From NCBI GenBank assembly GCA_965207975.1, contig OZ242315.1:5975197-6039196 (forward strand): DNA of 64,000 nucleotides, in the 5' to 3' direction. The DNA comes from Candidatus Poribacteria bacterium. GTDB lineage: Bacteria > Poribacteria > WGA-4E > PCPOR2b. The position numbers and the translations under genes were made by a program. Below, in pieces: positions 47,966 to 58,339 of this stretch (the first letter of the stretch is position 1; every line of letters begins with the position of its first letter). The notes below the pieces were generated by a model. The model saw only the letters and a list, made by a program, of their open reading frames with translations. It made no database searches and was not told where the DNA came from.

Positions 47966-50900
47966 ATGAAGCGAGTAGGTCTATGCAGGGTACAAGCCGT
48001 TGTATTTAACCTATTACTGCTGCCATTTTTTATGATGGTAGGGTGCACAACAATGGTCCCTGATAATCCCAATATGCCGTTGGAGGACTTCGATTCAGGG
48101 TCTCGCGTTGAAAAGACATTACGGGTGGAACGGAAGCTCGTTAGTAACGAGGTCAACTGTATTGCTGCTGACTTGCACAATGTATGGTTTGCAACGCAAG
48201 CCGGTGTTTCACATTGGGAGCGTGACCAAGACGAATGGTTCCACTACACAATGGAAGATGGGCTGTCTAACGATGTCGTAAACGCCGTCGCAATTGATGG
48301 ACAATGGGTCTGGTTCGCCACCGAGGAGGGGGTGAGTCGCTACGACACGCAGACGAACACCTTTTCGACCTACCGAACCATTGATGGGTTGGCGAGTGAT
48401 CAGGTGTCGTCGATTGCGGTGGATGGGAACTATGTTTGGTTTGGAACATCTAACGGGCTAAATCGTTATGACAAAACCATTGACAGTTGGGCGGTGCGTA
48501 CCCGTAAGGATGGTCTGGTCAGCAAGGTGATTACAACGATTGCGGTTGAACCCGAGTATGTGTGGGTTGGTACGGATAGGGAGATAAATCCGGATCCCCA
48601 TGGCTGGGAGGATGACCCTCGGTTCAGCAAAGGTGGGGTGAGCCGATACCATCGAGACACCGATTCTTGGAATAATTATAAAAAATCAGATGGCTTGATA
48701 GACAATGAGATTGCTACCATCGCGGTGGATGAGAATAGTGTTTGGTTTGGAACGCAAGACGAAGGCGTGAGTCAGTACAATCAGGTTGATCAGGCTTTCA
48801 TCAAAACATTTACGAAGACTGATCTGCTCAAGAGCAATATGATTTCCTGTATCCGGGCGGATGGGTTTCAGGTATGGTTTGGTACTGCGAATGCCGGTGT
48901 GCATCGTTTCATCAAGCCGGTCAACACTTGGGTGCATTACACCAAAGCAGATGGATTGGCAAGCAATCATGTGAGTTGGATCGAGACACAAGGAAATGAT
49001 GTTTGGTTTGCGAGCAAAGAGGATGGGGTGAGTCGTTTTGATAAGGTAACCGGTGAGTGGACGCTCTACAAGCAGGCAGATTTTCTGGCGGCTAACGATG
49101 TTCGGGATATAACCCGCGATGCGGCTGGCAATCTTTGGCTGGCGACGGTATCGGGAATTTCGATTTACGAACCCCAAACGCGCAGTTGGGAAATTATCTC
49201 TAAAGAGGATGGACTTCCGAGCCCGTATATTACGAGGATAGATATTGCGTCTCAATTGCGTGAATCGGGACAAAGCGACGTGATTGAAATATCGAGCGGT
49301 GGGCTGACTGGTGCACAGGTTTGGATCGGTACAGATAGAGGACTAGGCGCCCGACCGTACTCCGGTGGGGAATGGGCGTTCTATTCTCCTCCGAAATCCA
49401 CGACGGCTGGAGAGGCTTTTGTGACGGCGGTTAAGGCCAATGGAGATATACTCTGGCTCGGTACAAGTTTGGGCCCCGCGATGTATGACACAACTTCTGA
49501 GCAGTGGAGGCAGCTTGAGACACCGGGAGATCACTCAAATGCGGTTGTGTTATCTGTACTCGTCCACGATGAGATGGTCTGGTTTGGTGGAGCGGCGGGT
49601 GTTTGGCGATATTCTATTGTGGATCAGAAGGTACATCGTGTTGCCAAAGGACTGCCTGACACCTATGTTAATGTGCTATTTTCCACAGAGGATAGCCTTT
49701 GGGCGGGGACACGGCAAGGACTTGCTCGCTATGATGTTGGCAAGGAACGTTGGGTGCCGATGTCGTTCAACGCACAATTGCCTGTTTCTAATGTTACTGC
49801 ACTCGATTTCCGAGATGGGATTCTTTGGATCGGCACACCACAAGGTTTGGGAAGTTATACGACTGCTTCAAAGGCTTGGAGTCCTATTAAGAATGTGCCG
49901 TATAACATCCGGGACATCCTGTGTGATGCGGATGAAACACTTTGGTTGGCGACAGCGGTCGGTCTTGTTGAATATCGCCTATCAGATGGCGGCAAGGTGC
50001 TGCATCAATCACGCCCGGTACGTGAGCCGTTTCTTGAAACGAAGGTTTCAAATATCAAATTTGATGGGGATTACATCTGGTTCAACAACTGGGCTTCTTC
50101 ACCGAACGGTGGGCTTGTACGGTTTCATCGCCCTACGGGAGCCTGGCAGCGTTTTACGCGCTTAGATATTCTCCGGTCAACTCAGAAAAGGTCTATGACC
50201 ACAGTGCGTTGGAGCTATGTGGATACGGATGCGGTCTGGTTCACCACGGACTACGGGGTCCTGCGGTACGATAAAATGGCGGATACGTGGCAACATTTTA
50301 CGATAAAGGATGGTCTTCCTACTAACGATTTAGACAGAATTGCCGTGAGCGAACACAGCGTCTGGGTGAGTCCAATGATTGGTGTCGAATTGAGCCATTA
50401 TAGTAAAAAGACTGGAAAATGGACTGCAATTTCGCCTAGTAAAGAGATGCAAATTGAGCGGTTGAAATCACTGGCGGTTGATGGGCCGGAGGTCTGGTTT
50501 GGGTCGGGACGTGGACTTCACCGTTATAATGAATTTACCGGTAAATGGCGTGATTTCACGCCGAGGGACGGACTCGCCGGCAGAGGTGCTGAGTGGATTA
50601 CCGCGGACGAGGATTTCATTTGGGTTGCACGCTCGGAGTGGGACAGAGACAGTAACCGTCCGCTGTCACGATACAATAAAAAAACGGAGAGGTGGGACAC
50701 GTTTTCAACGAGTGACGTGCTGGCGTCGGACACCATTAGGCGAATTATTGCCACAAAGGACGATGTTTGGATACTCTACAGGCCTTGGACGAAGAAGGGG
50801 GTTACCCGATACGATAGACGCACCGGGGAGTGGACGACAATCAAGTCTGGGCGTGGAACGCTTGAGTTAGCTACCGACGACGACTACCTCTGGTTAGCTG

Positions 50901-52114
50901 TACCCAATAATGGGCTCAGACGGTTCCATTTCGCATCTGGGACTTGGACGGTGTTCAGAGATCTCAAAGGGTTGCTACATAACCATGTGGATGAGTATGG
51001 GCTTGCCGTTGATGATAGGTATGTATGGGTGGGCACGTTGCGGGGACTTTCTCGCTATGACAAACAGAAGGAATCTTGGACCTCCTTCACAGCGATGCCA
51101 ACCCTTTCGGGACGCACCATCCGGACGGTGGACACGGATGAGCGTTTTGTCTGGGTCGGTACTGACAACGGTTTGTCGCGTTATGATAAAGAATTGGGCA
51201 CTTGGAGGCAGTATCAGCAAGAGGGTGGTTCTGAGGAGATAGCGACCCACGGTGGCCATTGGCATCGATGGCGTCCCAAGAGGAAAGATACACTGTCCGA
51301 TAATTCGGTGAGTTCAATTGTGGTTGATGACCAGTACGTCTGGGTCGGAACTCGAGATGGCGCGAACCGTTTTGATAAACTCGCCCTACGCTGGGATCAG
51401 TATAAAACCGGGCATGGCTTGCCTGCTAATAATGTGACTTCTGTCAGTAACGATGGCAATAATATTTGGGTGGGCACCAACTCCGGGATTGGCAAGTATC
51501 CTCGAACCGCAGATGACCTCAACGCTTGGATCGCTTATACCTCCGGCACGGAGATTCAACCCGCCTCTGTCTCAAAAGAGTTTGCGGAGTCGTTGGTTAC
51601 AGATGAGATCTGGTGTATCGCTAGCAGCAAGAAGAATGTTTGGGTCGGTACACGACGTGGTGTGAGCAAATATGATATCGGCAAGGACACGTGGAAAACT
51701 ATCACAACAGAAGATGGCTTGGCGAGTGATGAAATCAGTTGTATTGCTATTGATGGGGAGCGTGTTTGGTTCGGTACGGATCGGGGTGCGACTGTCTACA
51801 ATGAGGAGACAGAGGCTTGGACTTCCTATACAACGGAAGATGGACTGGCTAGCAACAAGGTGACTTCGATTGATGTTGATGGCACAGAGGTGTGGATCGG
51901 GACGTATAATGCAGGGGTAAGCCGATTCGATCCGTCAGTAAATAGCTGGATAACTTATACGCGAGCAGAGGGCTTGGCTCATAATGGGATTCTGTCTATC
52001 TCAGTAGGAGATACTTATGTGTGGTTCGGGACCTATCGTGGCTTGAGCCGTTTTGACAAACATACGGGCATCTGGACAACCTTCACAGAATCCTACGGAC
52101 CTGAGGATCTGTGA
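47966..52114 (+). CDS. Very large (1383 aa) lipoprotein built entirely of two-component-regulator-propeller (Reg_prop / Y_Y_Y-type) repeats, with no kinase or receiver domain
   Basis: N-terminal MKRVGLCRVQAVVFNLLLLPFFMMVGC; more than 20 repeats of VWFGTxxGxSRYDxxTxxWTxYTxxDGLxSNxV. The track ORF starts at 47876; ATG 47966 is preferred. Confidence 0.7.
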   Translation: MKRVGLCRVQAVVFNLLLLPFFMMVGCTTMVPDNPNMPLEDFDSGSRVEKTLRVERKLVSNEVNCIAADLHNVWFATQAGVSHWERDQDEWFHYTMEDGLSNDVVNAVAIDGQWVWFATEEGVSRYDTQTNTFSTYRTIDGLASDQVSSIAVDGNYVWFGTSNGLNRYDKTIDSWAVRTRKDGLVSKVITTIAVEPEYVWVGTDREINPDPHGWEDDPRFSKGGVSRYHRDTDSWNNYKKSDGLIDNEIATIAVDENSVWFGTQDEGVSQYNQVDQAFIKTFTKTDLLKSNMISCIRADGFQVWFGTANAGVHRFIKPVNTWVHYTKADGLASNHVSWIETQGNDVWFASKEDGVSRFDKVTGEWTLYKQADFLAANDVRDITRDAAGNLWLATVSGISIYEPQTRSWEIISKEDGLPSPYITRIDIASQLRESGQSDVIEISSGGLTGAQVWIGTDRGLGARPYSGGEWAFYSPPKSTTAGEAFVTAVKANGDILWLGTSLGPAMYDTTSEQWRQLETPGDHSNAVVLSVLVHDEMVWFGGAAGVWRYSIVDQKVHRVAKGLPDTYVNVLFSTEDSLWAGTRQGLARYDVGKERWVPMSFNAQLPVSNVTALDFRDGILWIGTPQGLGSYTTASKAWSPIKNVPYNIRDILCDADETLWLATAVGLVEYRLSDGGKVLHQSRPVREPFLETKVSNIKFDGDYIWFNNWASSPNGGLVRFHRPTGAWQRFTRLDILRSTQKRSMTTVRWSYVDTDAVWFTTDYGVLRYDKMADTWQHFTIKDGLPTNDLDRIAVSEHSVWVSPMIGVELSHYSKKTGKWTAISPSKEMQIERLKSLAVDGPEVWFGSGRGLHRYNEFTGKWRDFTPRDGLAGRGAEWITADEDFIWVARSEWDRDSNRPLSRYNKKTERWDTFSTSDVLASDTIRRIIATKDDVWILYRPWTKKGVTRYDRRTGEWTTIKSGRGTLELATDDDYLWLAVPNNGLRRFHFASGTWTVFRDLKGLLHNHVDEYGLAVDDRYVWVGTLRGLSRYDKQKESWTSFTAMPTLSGRTIRTVDTDERFVWVGTDNGLSRYDKELGTWRQYQQEGGSEEIATHGGHWHRWRPKRKDTLSDNSVSSIVVDDQYVWVGTRDGANRFDKLALRWDQYKTGHGLPANNVTSVSNDGNNIWVGTNSGIGKYPRTADDLNAWIAYTSGTEIQPASVSKEFAESLVTDEIWCIASSKKNVWVGTRRGVSKYDIGKDTWKTITTEDGLASDEISCIAIDGERVWFGTDRGATVYNEETEAWTSYTTEDGLASNKVTSIDVDGTEVWIGTYNAGVSRFDPSVNSWITYTRAEGLAHNGILSISVGDTYVWFGTYRGLSRFDKHTGIWTTFTESYGPEDL

Positions 52115-52242
52115 TGCGTAGGGGTTGGAAGTTTTTCTGATGGCTGTTTGGTTTATTCTCGACGATTTTACAGGTGTACTTTACTTTTTTTAACCCATTC
52201 ACTTTATGCAAACTTTCTTAGGCTAAAGGAGAATTCATTTTA

Positions 52243-54516
52243 ATGTTTTCAAATGTGGCGCAACAGTCTGGGTTGGCCTCCAGCGGCGGTGCCTTGTATT
52301 CCCAAGATGGGCACGGGTTCGGTACCGCACCAGTATTCCTTACATCGATCTGTACGATTCTAGGTGCAATTCTTTTCTTGCGATTTGGTTACGCTGTCGG
52401 TCATGTAGGGCTTTGGGGCAGCTTGGCGATTATCGCGCTTGGACATTTAGTAACCATTCCCACAGTTCTAGCGGTTTCTGAGATAGCAACGAACCGCCGC
52501 GTAGCAGGTGGCGGTGCATACTACATAGTTAGTCGTTCCTTTGGTCCGACTATCGGCGGTACAATCGGAATCACTCTATATCTTGCCCAAGCGATCTCGA
52601 TTGCCTTCTATATGGTTGCGTTTGCAGAAGCTTTGGTACCCCTCTATAAATGGGTAGCTGTTACATACGAATTAAAACTTGATCCCCGCTGGGTGAGTCT
52701 CACCTGCACGCTCCTCCTTATCGCCCTCATGCTGACTAAAGGTGCGGATATAGGAGTGTGGGGTTTATGGGCTGTCAGCGCAATCCTAGTGGGGTCAATC
52801 GGTGCGTTCCTTTTGGGGACGGGACCCGAGGATATACGACCAGAAGGACTAAACATCACGGCACGAATCGAAGGCGGGGATAGCTTCGGCACGGTTTTCG
52901 CCATCTGCTTTCCTGCCTTCACAGGTATGATCGCAGGGCTTGGGCTATCCGGCGACCTGAAGAATCCCCAGAGGAGTATACCGCTCGGCACAATTGGCGC
53001 GACGATTGTGGGCATGGTCATATACGCGGTCGTCGCTGTCAAGCTTGCCCAGAGTGCCACGCCTGAGGAACTTGCCGCTAATCAGTTTGTTATGGTGAAG
53101 ATTGCCCTGTGGGGTCCTGTAATCTATGTTGGATTGGGCGCAGCCGCCTTCTCCTCCGCTCTTGGCTCCGTTTTGGTTGCCCCCAGAACGCTCCAGATGC
53201 TTGGTCGTGACAATGTTCTACCGTTTTCTCAACTGAACCGTCTCATGGGGCAAGGGGTGGGACAGACGCAAGAACCGGTATATGCAACTTGCGTATCAGG
53301 CGCGATAGCAATTGTGTTCGTAGCGATTGGCGGCGTGGACTTTATCGCTCGAATCCTCACCATGTTCTTCATTGTTACATACGGTGTCCTCTGTGCGGTA
53401 TCGTTCCTTGAGCACTTTGCAGGTAACCCGTCCTATCGTCCCACGTTTCATTCCCGTTGGTACTTGTCGCTAGTTGGCACTGTGATGTGCGGCTTGATGA
53501 TGATTCAGATAAACGTGCTGTACGCGCTTATCTCAATCTTTCTGATGGTGGTAATCTACCTTGGACTCCGCCATAGCCACCGGGGACAGCGCGACTTGAC
53601 GGCGATTTTCCAAGGGACGATGTTCCAGCTAACCCGGTGGTTGCAGATTACCCTACAGAAGAACCGGGTGATTTCATCTGAAGGAGGCTGGCGTCCATCG
53701 ATTATTGCGGTAACGCAATTTGGTGAACGTCGACTTGGGCATTTCGATCTGCTCCGTTGGATTTGCCATCGGCACGGATTTGGTCACTTCATCCAGTTCT
53801 TCCACGGTGATTATTCGTTCCTTGATGAAATTGATGCGCGGGTTCATGTTGACGAATTAATCCAACGGACAGAGGTCAGCAGAGCCGGCATCTTTGTTGA
53901 TACTTTGATTTGCCCGACGTTCCAACTTGCTATTGCACAGACGCTGCAGATGCCGGGGATTTCCGGCTTACCGAACAACTCCATCCTTCTTGAGTTCGAT
54001 CGAGAAAATCCTGATGAAATCAACGCGGTTGGGCAAGGAGCGCGTCTCGCTGCCAATTCGATGTTCAATGTGCTCATCCTGCGATCAACAAAGTACCGAT
54101 TCGGCTACCGGTCTTCGATCCATGTATGGGTTACCGAGGAGAACTTGATGAACGCTCCAATGATGTTGTTGCTCGCGTATATCATTGTAGGCCACCCGGA
54201 ATGGAGACGTGCTGAGATTCAGCTCTTTGCGTGCTTCGATTCTGTGGATGCTGAACGTGAGGCGGACAGGTTCTCAGCGTGGATGAGGGAAGGACGGCTG
54301 CCGATTTCAGCGCAGAACGTAACTTCTGTTTCGTGCAGCAACGGAGAAGCCTTGGAGGAAGAGGTTACCCATTACTCTTCTCAAGCTGACTTGGTTATTG
54401 CGGGTTTAGTAGCGGAGGATCTCGAACCGGAGGCAGTGACCCAAGCTCTGGGGCGTTACGCGAGTGCGAACGATGTGCTCTTCGTCCACTCAATTGAGCG
54501 AGTTGCAATTGATTAG
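52243..54516 (+). CDS. SLC12/cation-chloride-cotransporter-like transporter (APC superfamily permease plus C-terminal cytoplasmic domain)
   Basis: N-terminal GTAPVFLTSICTILGAILFLRFGYAVGHVG resembles the CCC signature (GVF.P...NI.GVILFLR); 12 TM helices followed by a roughly 300-aa soluble C-terminus. Confidence 0.7.
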   Translation: MFSNVAQQSGLASSGGALYSQDGHGFGTAPVFLTSICTILGAILFLRFGYAVGHVGLWGSLAIIALGHLVTIPTVLAVSEIATNRRVAGGGAYYIVSRSFGPTIGGTIGITLYLAQAISIAFYMVAFAEALVPLYKWVAVTYELKLDPRWVSLTCTLLLIALMLTKGADIGVWGLWAVSAILVGSIGAFLLGTGPEDIRPEGLNITARIEGGDSFGTVFAICFPAFTGMIAGLGLSGDLKNPQRSIPLGTIGATIVGMVIYAVVAVKLAQSATPEELAANQFVMVKIALWGPVIYVGLGAAAFSSALGSVLVAPRTLQMLGRDNVLPFSQLNRLMGQGVGQTQEPVYATCVSGAIAIVFVAIGGVDFIARILTMFFIVTYGVLCAVSFLEHFAGNPSYRPTFHSRWYLSLVGTVMCGLMMIQINVLYALISIFLMVVIYLGLRHSHRGQRDLTAIFQGTMFQLTRWLQITLQKNRVISSEGGWRPSIIAVTQFGERRLGHFDLLRWICHRHGFGHFIQFFHGDYSFLDEIDARVHVDELIQRTEVSRAGIFVDTLICPTFQLAIAQTLQMPGISGLPNNSILLEFDRENPDEINAVGQGARLAANSMFNVLILRSTKYRFGYRSSIHVWVTEENLMNAPMMLLLAYIIVGHPEWRRAEIQLFACFDSVDAEREADRFSAWMREGRLPISAQNVTSVSCSNGEALEEEVTHYSSQADLVIAGLVAEDLEPEAVTQALGRYASANDVLFVHSIERVAID

Positions 54517-54555
54517 GTGGAAGCGTAACACGTAATGTGCGAAAGGATATAAATC

Positions 54556-55092
54556 GTGGAAGAGCATGTGATACTGGTTGACCCTATGGACAGAGAAATC
54601 GGTACTGAAGAAAAGCTAAAGGCACATCGTGAGGGGAAGCTGCATCGTGCATTTTCGGTTTTTGTTTTCAACACTTCAGGGGAATTGTTGCTTCAGAAAC
54701 GTTCAGAGACAAAGTATCACTCCGGTGGGTTGTGGACGAATACTTGCTGCAGTCATCCACATCCTGGTGAAAGTTATTATTGTGCAGCGAGGCGGCGACT
54801 CAATGAGGAAATGGGTTTCGATTGTGAATTGACCGGGCTTTTTAGTTTTATCTATCATGCCAAACTGGAGAACAACCTATTTGAGCACGAACTGGACCAC
54901 GTCTTTGTTGGACATTATGACGGTCAACCTGTTCCCAATCCTGATGAGGTTGATGATTGGAAATGGCTGGACGTTGAAAAACTGAAGCGGGATGTTGGGA
55001 AAAACCCTGAGCATTATACGTACTGGTTCAAATTAATACTTAATCGCGTCCTTAAACAGGCCGTGAAGGTCGGCTGTCGGAATGAAAACTAA
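54556..55092 (+). CDS. idi: Isopentenyl-diphosphate delta-isomerase, type 1 (NUDIX fold)
   Basis: HRAFSVFVFNTSGELLLQKRSETKYHSGGLWTNTCCSHPHPGESY... (TNTCCSHP active-site block). Confidence 0.85.
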   Translation: MEEHVILVDPMDREIGTEEKLKAHREGKLHRAFSVFVFNTSGELLLQKRSETKYHSGGLWTNTCCSHPHPGESYYCAARRRLNEEMGFDCELTGLFSFIYHAKLENNLFEHELDHVFVGHYDGQPVPNPDEVDDWKWLDVEKLKRDVGKNPEHYTYWFKLILNRVLKQAVKVGCRNEN

Positions 55093-55156
55093 GCTACACG
55101 ATTTTTTTATCAAGGACTTCCTTAAAATCTAAATTATTTCAAAGGGACAAGGAGCA

Positions 55157-56239
55157 ATGAGCTGGCGTATTGTAGAGCATATTACGATTTACCGTGAAGA
55201 GGGTTGGTACGGTGCCCACCCCAACCTAGTGCGTACCCCCGGTGGGGACCTGTTGGTTCTGTTTCATCGTTCACCATTTGTGGGTTATTCTCACCACAGC
55301 CACCCGTTATTTGATGTCCGTGCCTGTCGCTCGGAGGATGAAGGGCAAACTTGGAGTGGGCAGTGCTTGGTTACCGTCGATCCGTTGGGCGGTGTGCTTG
55401 ACTTCGGCACGCATACCCTCACTGATGGGAGCATATTCCTTCACGCTTCCAATGTTGCGCTCGTTCCTGAAGATGCAGCGCGCGAAGGTGTTGAGTGGGC
55501 TGCTCGCGCTGGTATTCCCTTCTGGGTGCGCTCCCATGATGATGGGCGTACTTGGACGGAACCTGTGCGTTTCCCGCCATTGCCTGATGCCGTGTGGGGA
55601 CATCCTGCGTCTCATTCGGGGATCGCCCGAAGTGGATTGATACAGATGCCCGACGGACGTTTACTTTTACCGAGCAAGGCGACCGATCACCCTGACGGCT
55701 CAATGCCTTTCTTTGGTATGTTGCGGGTGTCAACGGATATGGGGAAAACGTGGGAGTACGCCGGACGGATTGCGGAAGATCCCGTTACCCACTTTAGTGA
55801 GCCTGCCATCCATCTCACCCCTAGTGGAAAGATTATCGTTCTCTTTCGATGCCACCCTGGGCCCGGTACAGCTAGCCGCGAGGTTTGCCTTGCGCTAGTG
55901 GAATCGACCGACGGTGGGGAAACATGGTCTCCGTGGCGACAGACGACGATCCGTGGCTGCCCCGGTCACATGCTTGGACTGCGGGATGGACGTATTTTCA
56001 CGACTGTCGGCACACGATGGCCCGGGCAGCGGGGATGCCTAGCGCGTATCCTCGAACCGGAGGGAAGTGACTTGGATACCGCCCCGGTGCTGGTCATCCG
56101 AAGCGATTCACACGATTCCGATTGTGGTTATCCTTGGTCGGTTGAGCTTGAAGATGGTCGTGTACTAGTGGTGTATTATTATGTGTATTCAGATGGTCAT
56201 CGAGGCATTGAAGGAACGATTGTCGAAGAGGTGTCGTGA
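55157..56239 (+). CDS. BNR-repeat (sialidase-like beta-propeller) glycoside-hydrolase-family protein with no signal peptide
   Basis: Four S-x-D-x-G-x-T-W motifs (SEDEGQTW, SHDDGRTW, STDMGKTW, STDGGETW). Confidence 0.7.
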   Translation: MSWRIVEHITIYREEGWYGAHPNLVRTPGGDLLVLFHRSPFVGYSHHSHPLFDVRACRSEDEGQTWSGQCLVTVDPLGGVLDFGTHTLTDGSIFLHASNVALVPEDAAREGVEWAARAGIPFWVRSHDDGRTWTEPVRFPPLPDAVWGHPASHSGIARSGLIQMPDGRLLLPSKATDHPDGSMPFFGMLRVSTDMGKTWEYAGRIAEDPVTHFSEPAIHLTPSGKIIVLFRCHPGPGTASREVCLALVESTDGGETWSPWRQTTIRGCPGHMLGLRDGRIFTTVGTRWPGQRGCLARILEPEGSDLDTAPVLVIRSDSHDSDCGYPWSVELEDGRVLVVYYYVYSDGHRGIEGTIVEEVS

Positions 56240-56304
56240 TAAAGGGTTGTGGTCGGACGATTTATTTTTATCTAATCCGAACAACCGTGCCGATAGGAGC
56301 AGAT

Positions 56305-57093
56305 ATGAGCGAAACAGTTGAAATTAAACTCGCATGTATGAGTCTGATGTGGGGTGGAGATCTACCCAACGAAGAGATGCCCGCTTGGATTGACGATGTG
56401 TCGGCGGCGGGCTATGCGGGTGTTGCTACATTTGAAAGGGTGCTGCTTCGGTTTATTGAGGAGACGGATTTTGTCGAGCGGATAACAGACTGTGGACTCC
56501 CTTTGGTAAGCGTTGATCTGGTCATAGACCGTGACTTCGATAGGATTAACCGTGTTTGTGAGGTTATGCAGCAGCTGGGTGCGAAGCATCTGGTGACGAT
56601 AGGCGGCTTGGCACAGAAGGGTGCGGACATGAACGAAATCGGTGATTTGCTGAACCAGATTGGCGAGATTGCACTGACCTACGATGTCCGTGCTTGCTTC
56701 CACAACCACACCCATCACACCGGCGAGACGTTGGAGGAGACTGAGGAGTTGCTACACAAAACAGATCCCACCAAGTTCTTCGGTTTCTTGGATGTCGGTC
56801 ATGCGACAAAGGATTTCGTAGGTCATCCGGTGGAGCAGCGTGCGTCAATCTTCCTTGAGCGCAACTGGGATCGCATTGATTTTTTGGAGTTTAAGGACTG
56901 GCATGAGGATTTCGACTTGAGGACGGAGGTTGGTGCCGGGCGTTGTGACTATGAAAGCGTGTTTCGGATTCTAAGGGAGAAACGTTATTCGGGTTGGATT
57001 ACGGTAGAGCAGAATGGTCCGACTGGAGACAAAACGCCATTGGAATGCGCTAGAGCGAGTCGGGATTTTATTCGGCAAGGTTTAGGAGTCTGA
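56305..57093 (+). CDS. Sugar phosphate isomerase/epimerase (xylose-isomerase-like TIM barrel)
   Basis: ...ACFHNHTHHTGETLEE...FLDVGHATKDF...; ATG 56305 with GGAG RBS is preferred over GTG 56236 (which would overlap the BNR stop). Confidence 0.7.
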   Translation: MSETVEIKLACMSLMWGGDLPNEEMPAWIDDVSAAGYAGVATFERVLLRFIEETDFVERITDCGLPLVSVDLVIDRDFDRINRVCEVMQQLGAKHLVTIGGLAQKGADMNEIGDLLNQIGEIALTYDVRACFHNHTHHTGETLEETEELLHKTDPTKFFGFLDVGHATKDFVGHPVEQRASIFLERNWDRIDFLEFKDWHEDFDLRTEVGAGRCDYESVFRILREKRYSGWITVEQNGPTGDKTPLECARASRDFIRQGLGV

Positions 57094-58299
57094 TTTTTCG
57101 TTGACTAGTTCATAAACCGTGATGTTTTCCCATTTCCGCTTTGTTCGATGGGTTGCCACGCGTTCCTTGAATCGGTTCAAGATGGTTAAGCCTGCAGCGT
57201 CGATCATCTCCTCTAGGCGAACCACCGCTTTTTCGCCGGAAGCATCCGCATACCCAATGAGCAGGCGACCTCTTGGATTGAGATAAGCCGGGAGGTCGTC
57301 GAAAAAACGTCGAAGGGTCTGTTGTTTTTCGTCATGGATGGCGATTTCTGCGCGGTTCCGTGCTCGTGAAACCACCCACGGTGCATTGAAAATTATCAGA
57401 TCAAAACGGTGCCCCGATACCGGCTGGAAGAGATCGCCCGCCGGCATGAGGTGGATTTGCGGCGGATTGCTGTGCACATCGGCAGAGCGTAGGAGGTTAA
57501 GCCGGGTTGTGGCAACTGCTTCGGGCAGTAGATCCGATGCGTAGATTTTCACCCCCAAATTTCCCACTTCCTGCGCGGCGAGCAGTGTAAGACACCCGCA
57601 CCCACATCCCATATCGAGCACGGTTGCGCTGCTCGGTAGATGCGGTTTGACGCTTTGCAAGCCCCGTTGGAATAGTTCGATCGTCTCCTGAGAATGGGGT
57701 GGCAGCACGTTGTCGGAGGCAGCCAGTGACATACCGAGTGCACGAATCGGATAAGTCGCTGCAAGTGCCCGTTGAATCCTCTGAATTTTAACAACGGGAA
57801 CTAAAAACGGGCCTCCTGCATTTGCCTCTTGGTTTTCGCCAACCCACTCAAGAAGGTAAGGTAGATCTGGCGGCGAGGTTACTTGTAAGGTGCCAGTTGA
57901 ATCTGCCCAACACATTAAGCGTGACAGTGTGCTTTCCCTTTCTTGTGTGGGACTCACATCCGCCAATCCTGAATCGGATTCCCGTCTGTTGATTCCCTTT
58001 TGGCGTTGCCATTTGTCTTTGTCCCGACCAGACCTTTTTCTCTCCCGTCTACCCTCGTGGGTTGGACGAATCAACTCATCTTTTTTTCGTTCGATGTACT
58101 CCATTACTGCCGTTACTTGCTTCCAGTCGCCGGACAGGATTGCCACACTACCGCGACGTAGGTGGGTAAAAATTCGATTGAACTGTCTCAACTCGCTACC
58201 TATAAATAACTTCCATGAAGCGTTGTCTGCGGCAATTCCTCGGTATTGGTGTGGGACGTAAACATCACCGATATCCGCTATCCGGCGAAATGGGGGCAT
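57082..58299 (-). CDS. Class I SAM-dependent methyltransferase (HemK/RsmC-like amino-MTase type) with a basic N-terminal extension
   Basis: Motif I VLDMGCGCGCLTLLAA; motif IV-like IIFNAPWVV (NPPY-type). Confidence 0.55.
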   Translation of the reverse strand: MPPFRRIADIGDVYVPHQYRGIAADNASWKLFIGSELRQFNRIFTHLRRGSVAILSGDWKQVTAVMEYIERKKDELIRPTHEGRRERKRSGRDKDKWQRQKGINRRESDSGLADVSPTQERESTLSRLMCWADSTGTLQVTSPPDLPYLLEWVGENQEANAGGPFLVPVVKIQRIQRALAATYPIRALGMSLAASDNVLPPHSQETIELFQRGLQSVKPHLPSSATVLDMGCGCGCLTLLAAQEVGNLGVKIYASDLLPEAVATTRLNLLRSADVHSNPPQIHLMPAGDLFQPVSGHRFDLIIFNAPWVVSRARNRAEIAIHDEKQQTLRRFFDDLPAYLNPRGRLLIGYADASGEKAVVRLEEMIDAAGLTILNRFKERVATHRTKRKWENITVYELVNEKSDS

Positions 58300-58339
58300 A
58301 GTGGTTAAAAGTGGTTGAGTTGTGTCTTTTTTCTAGGAG

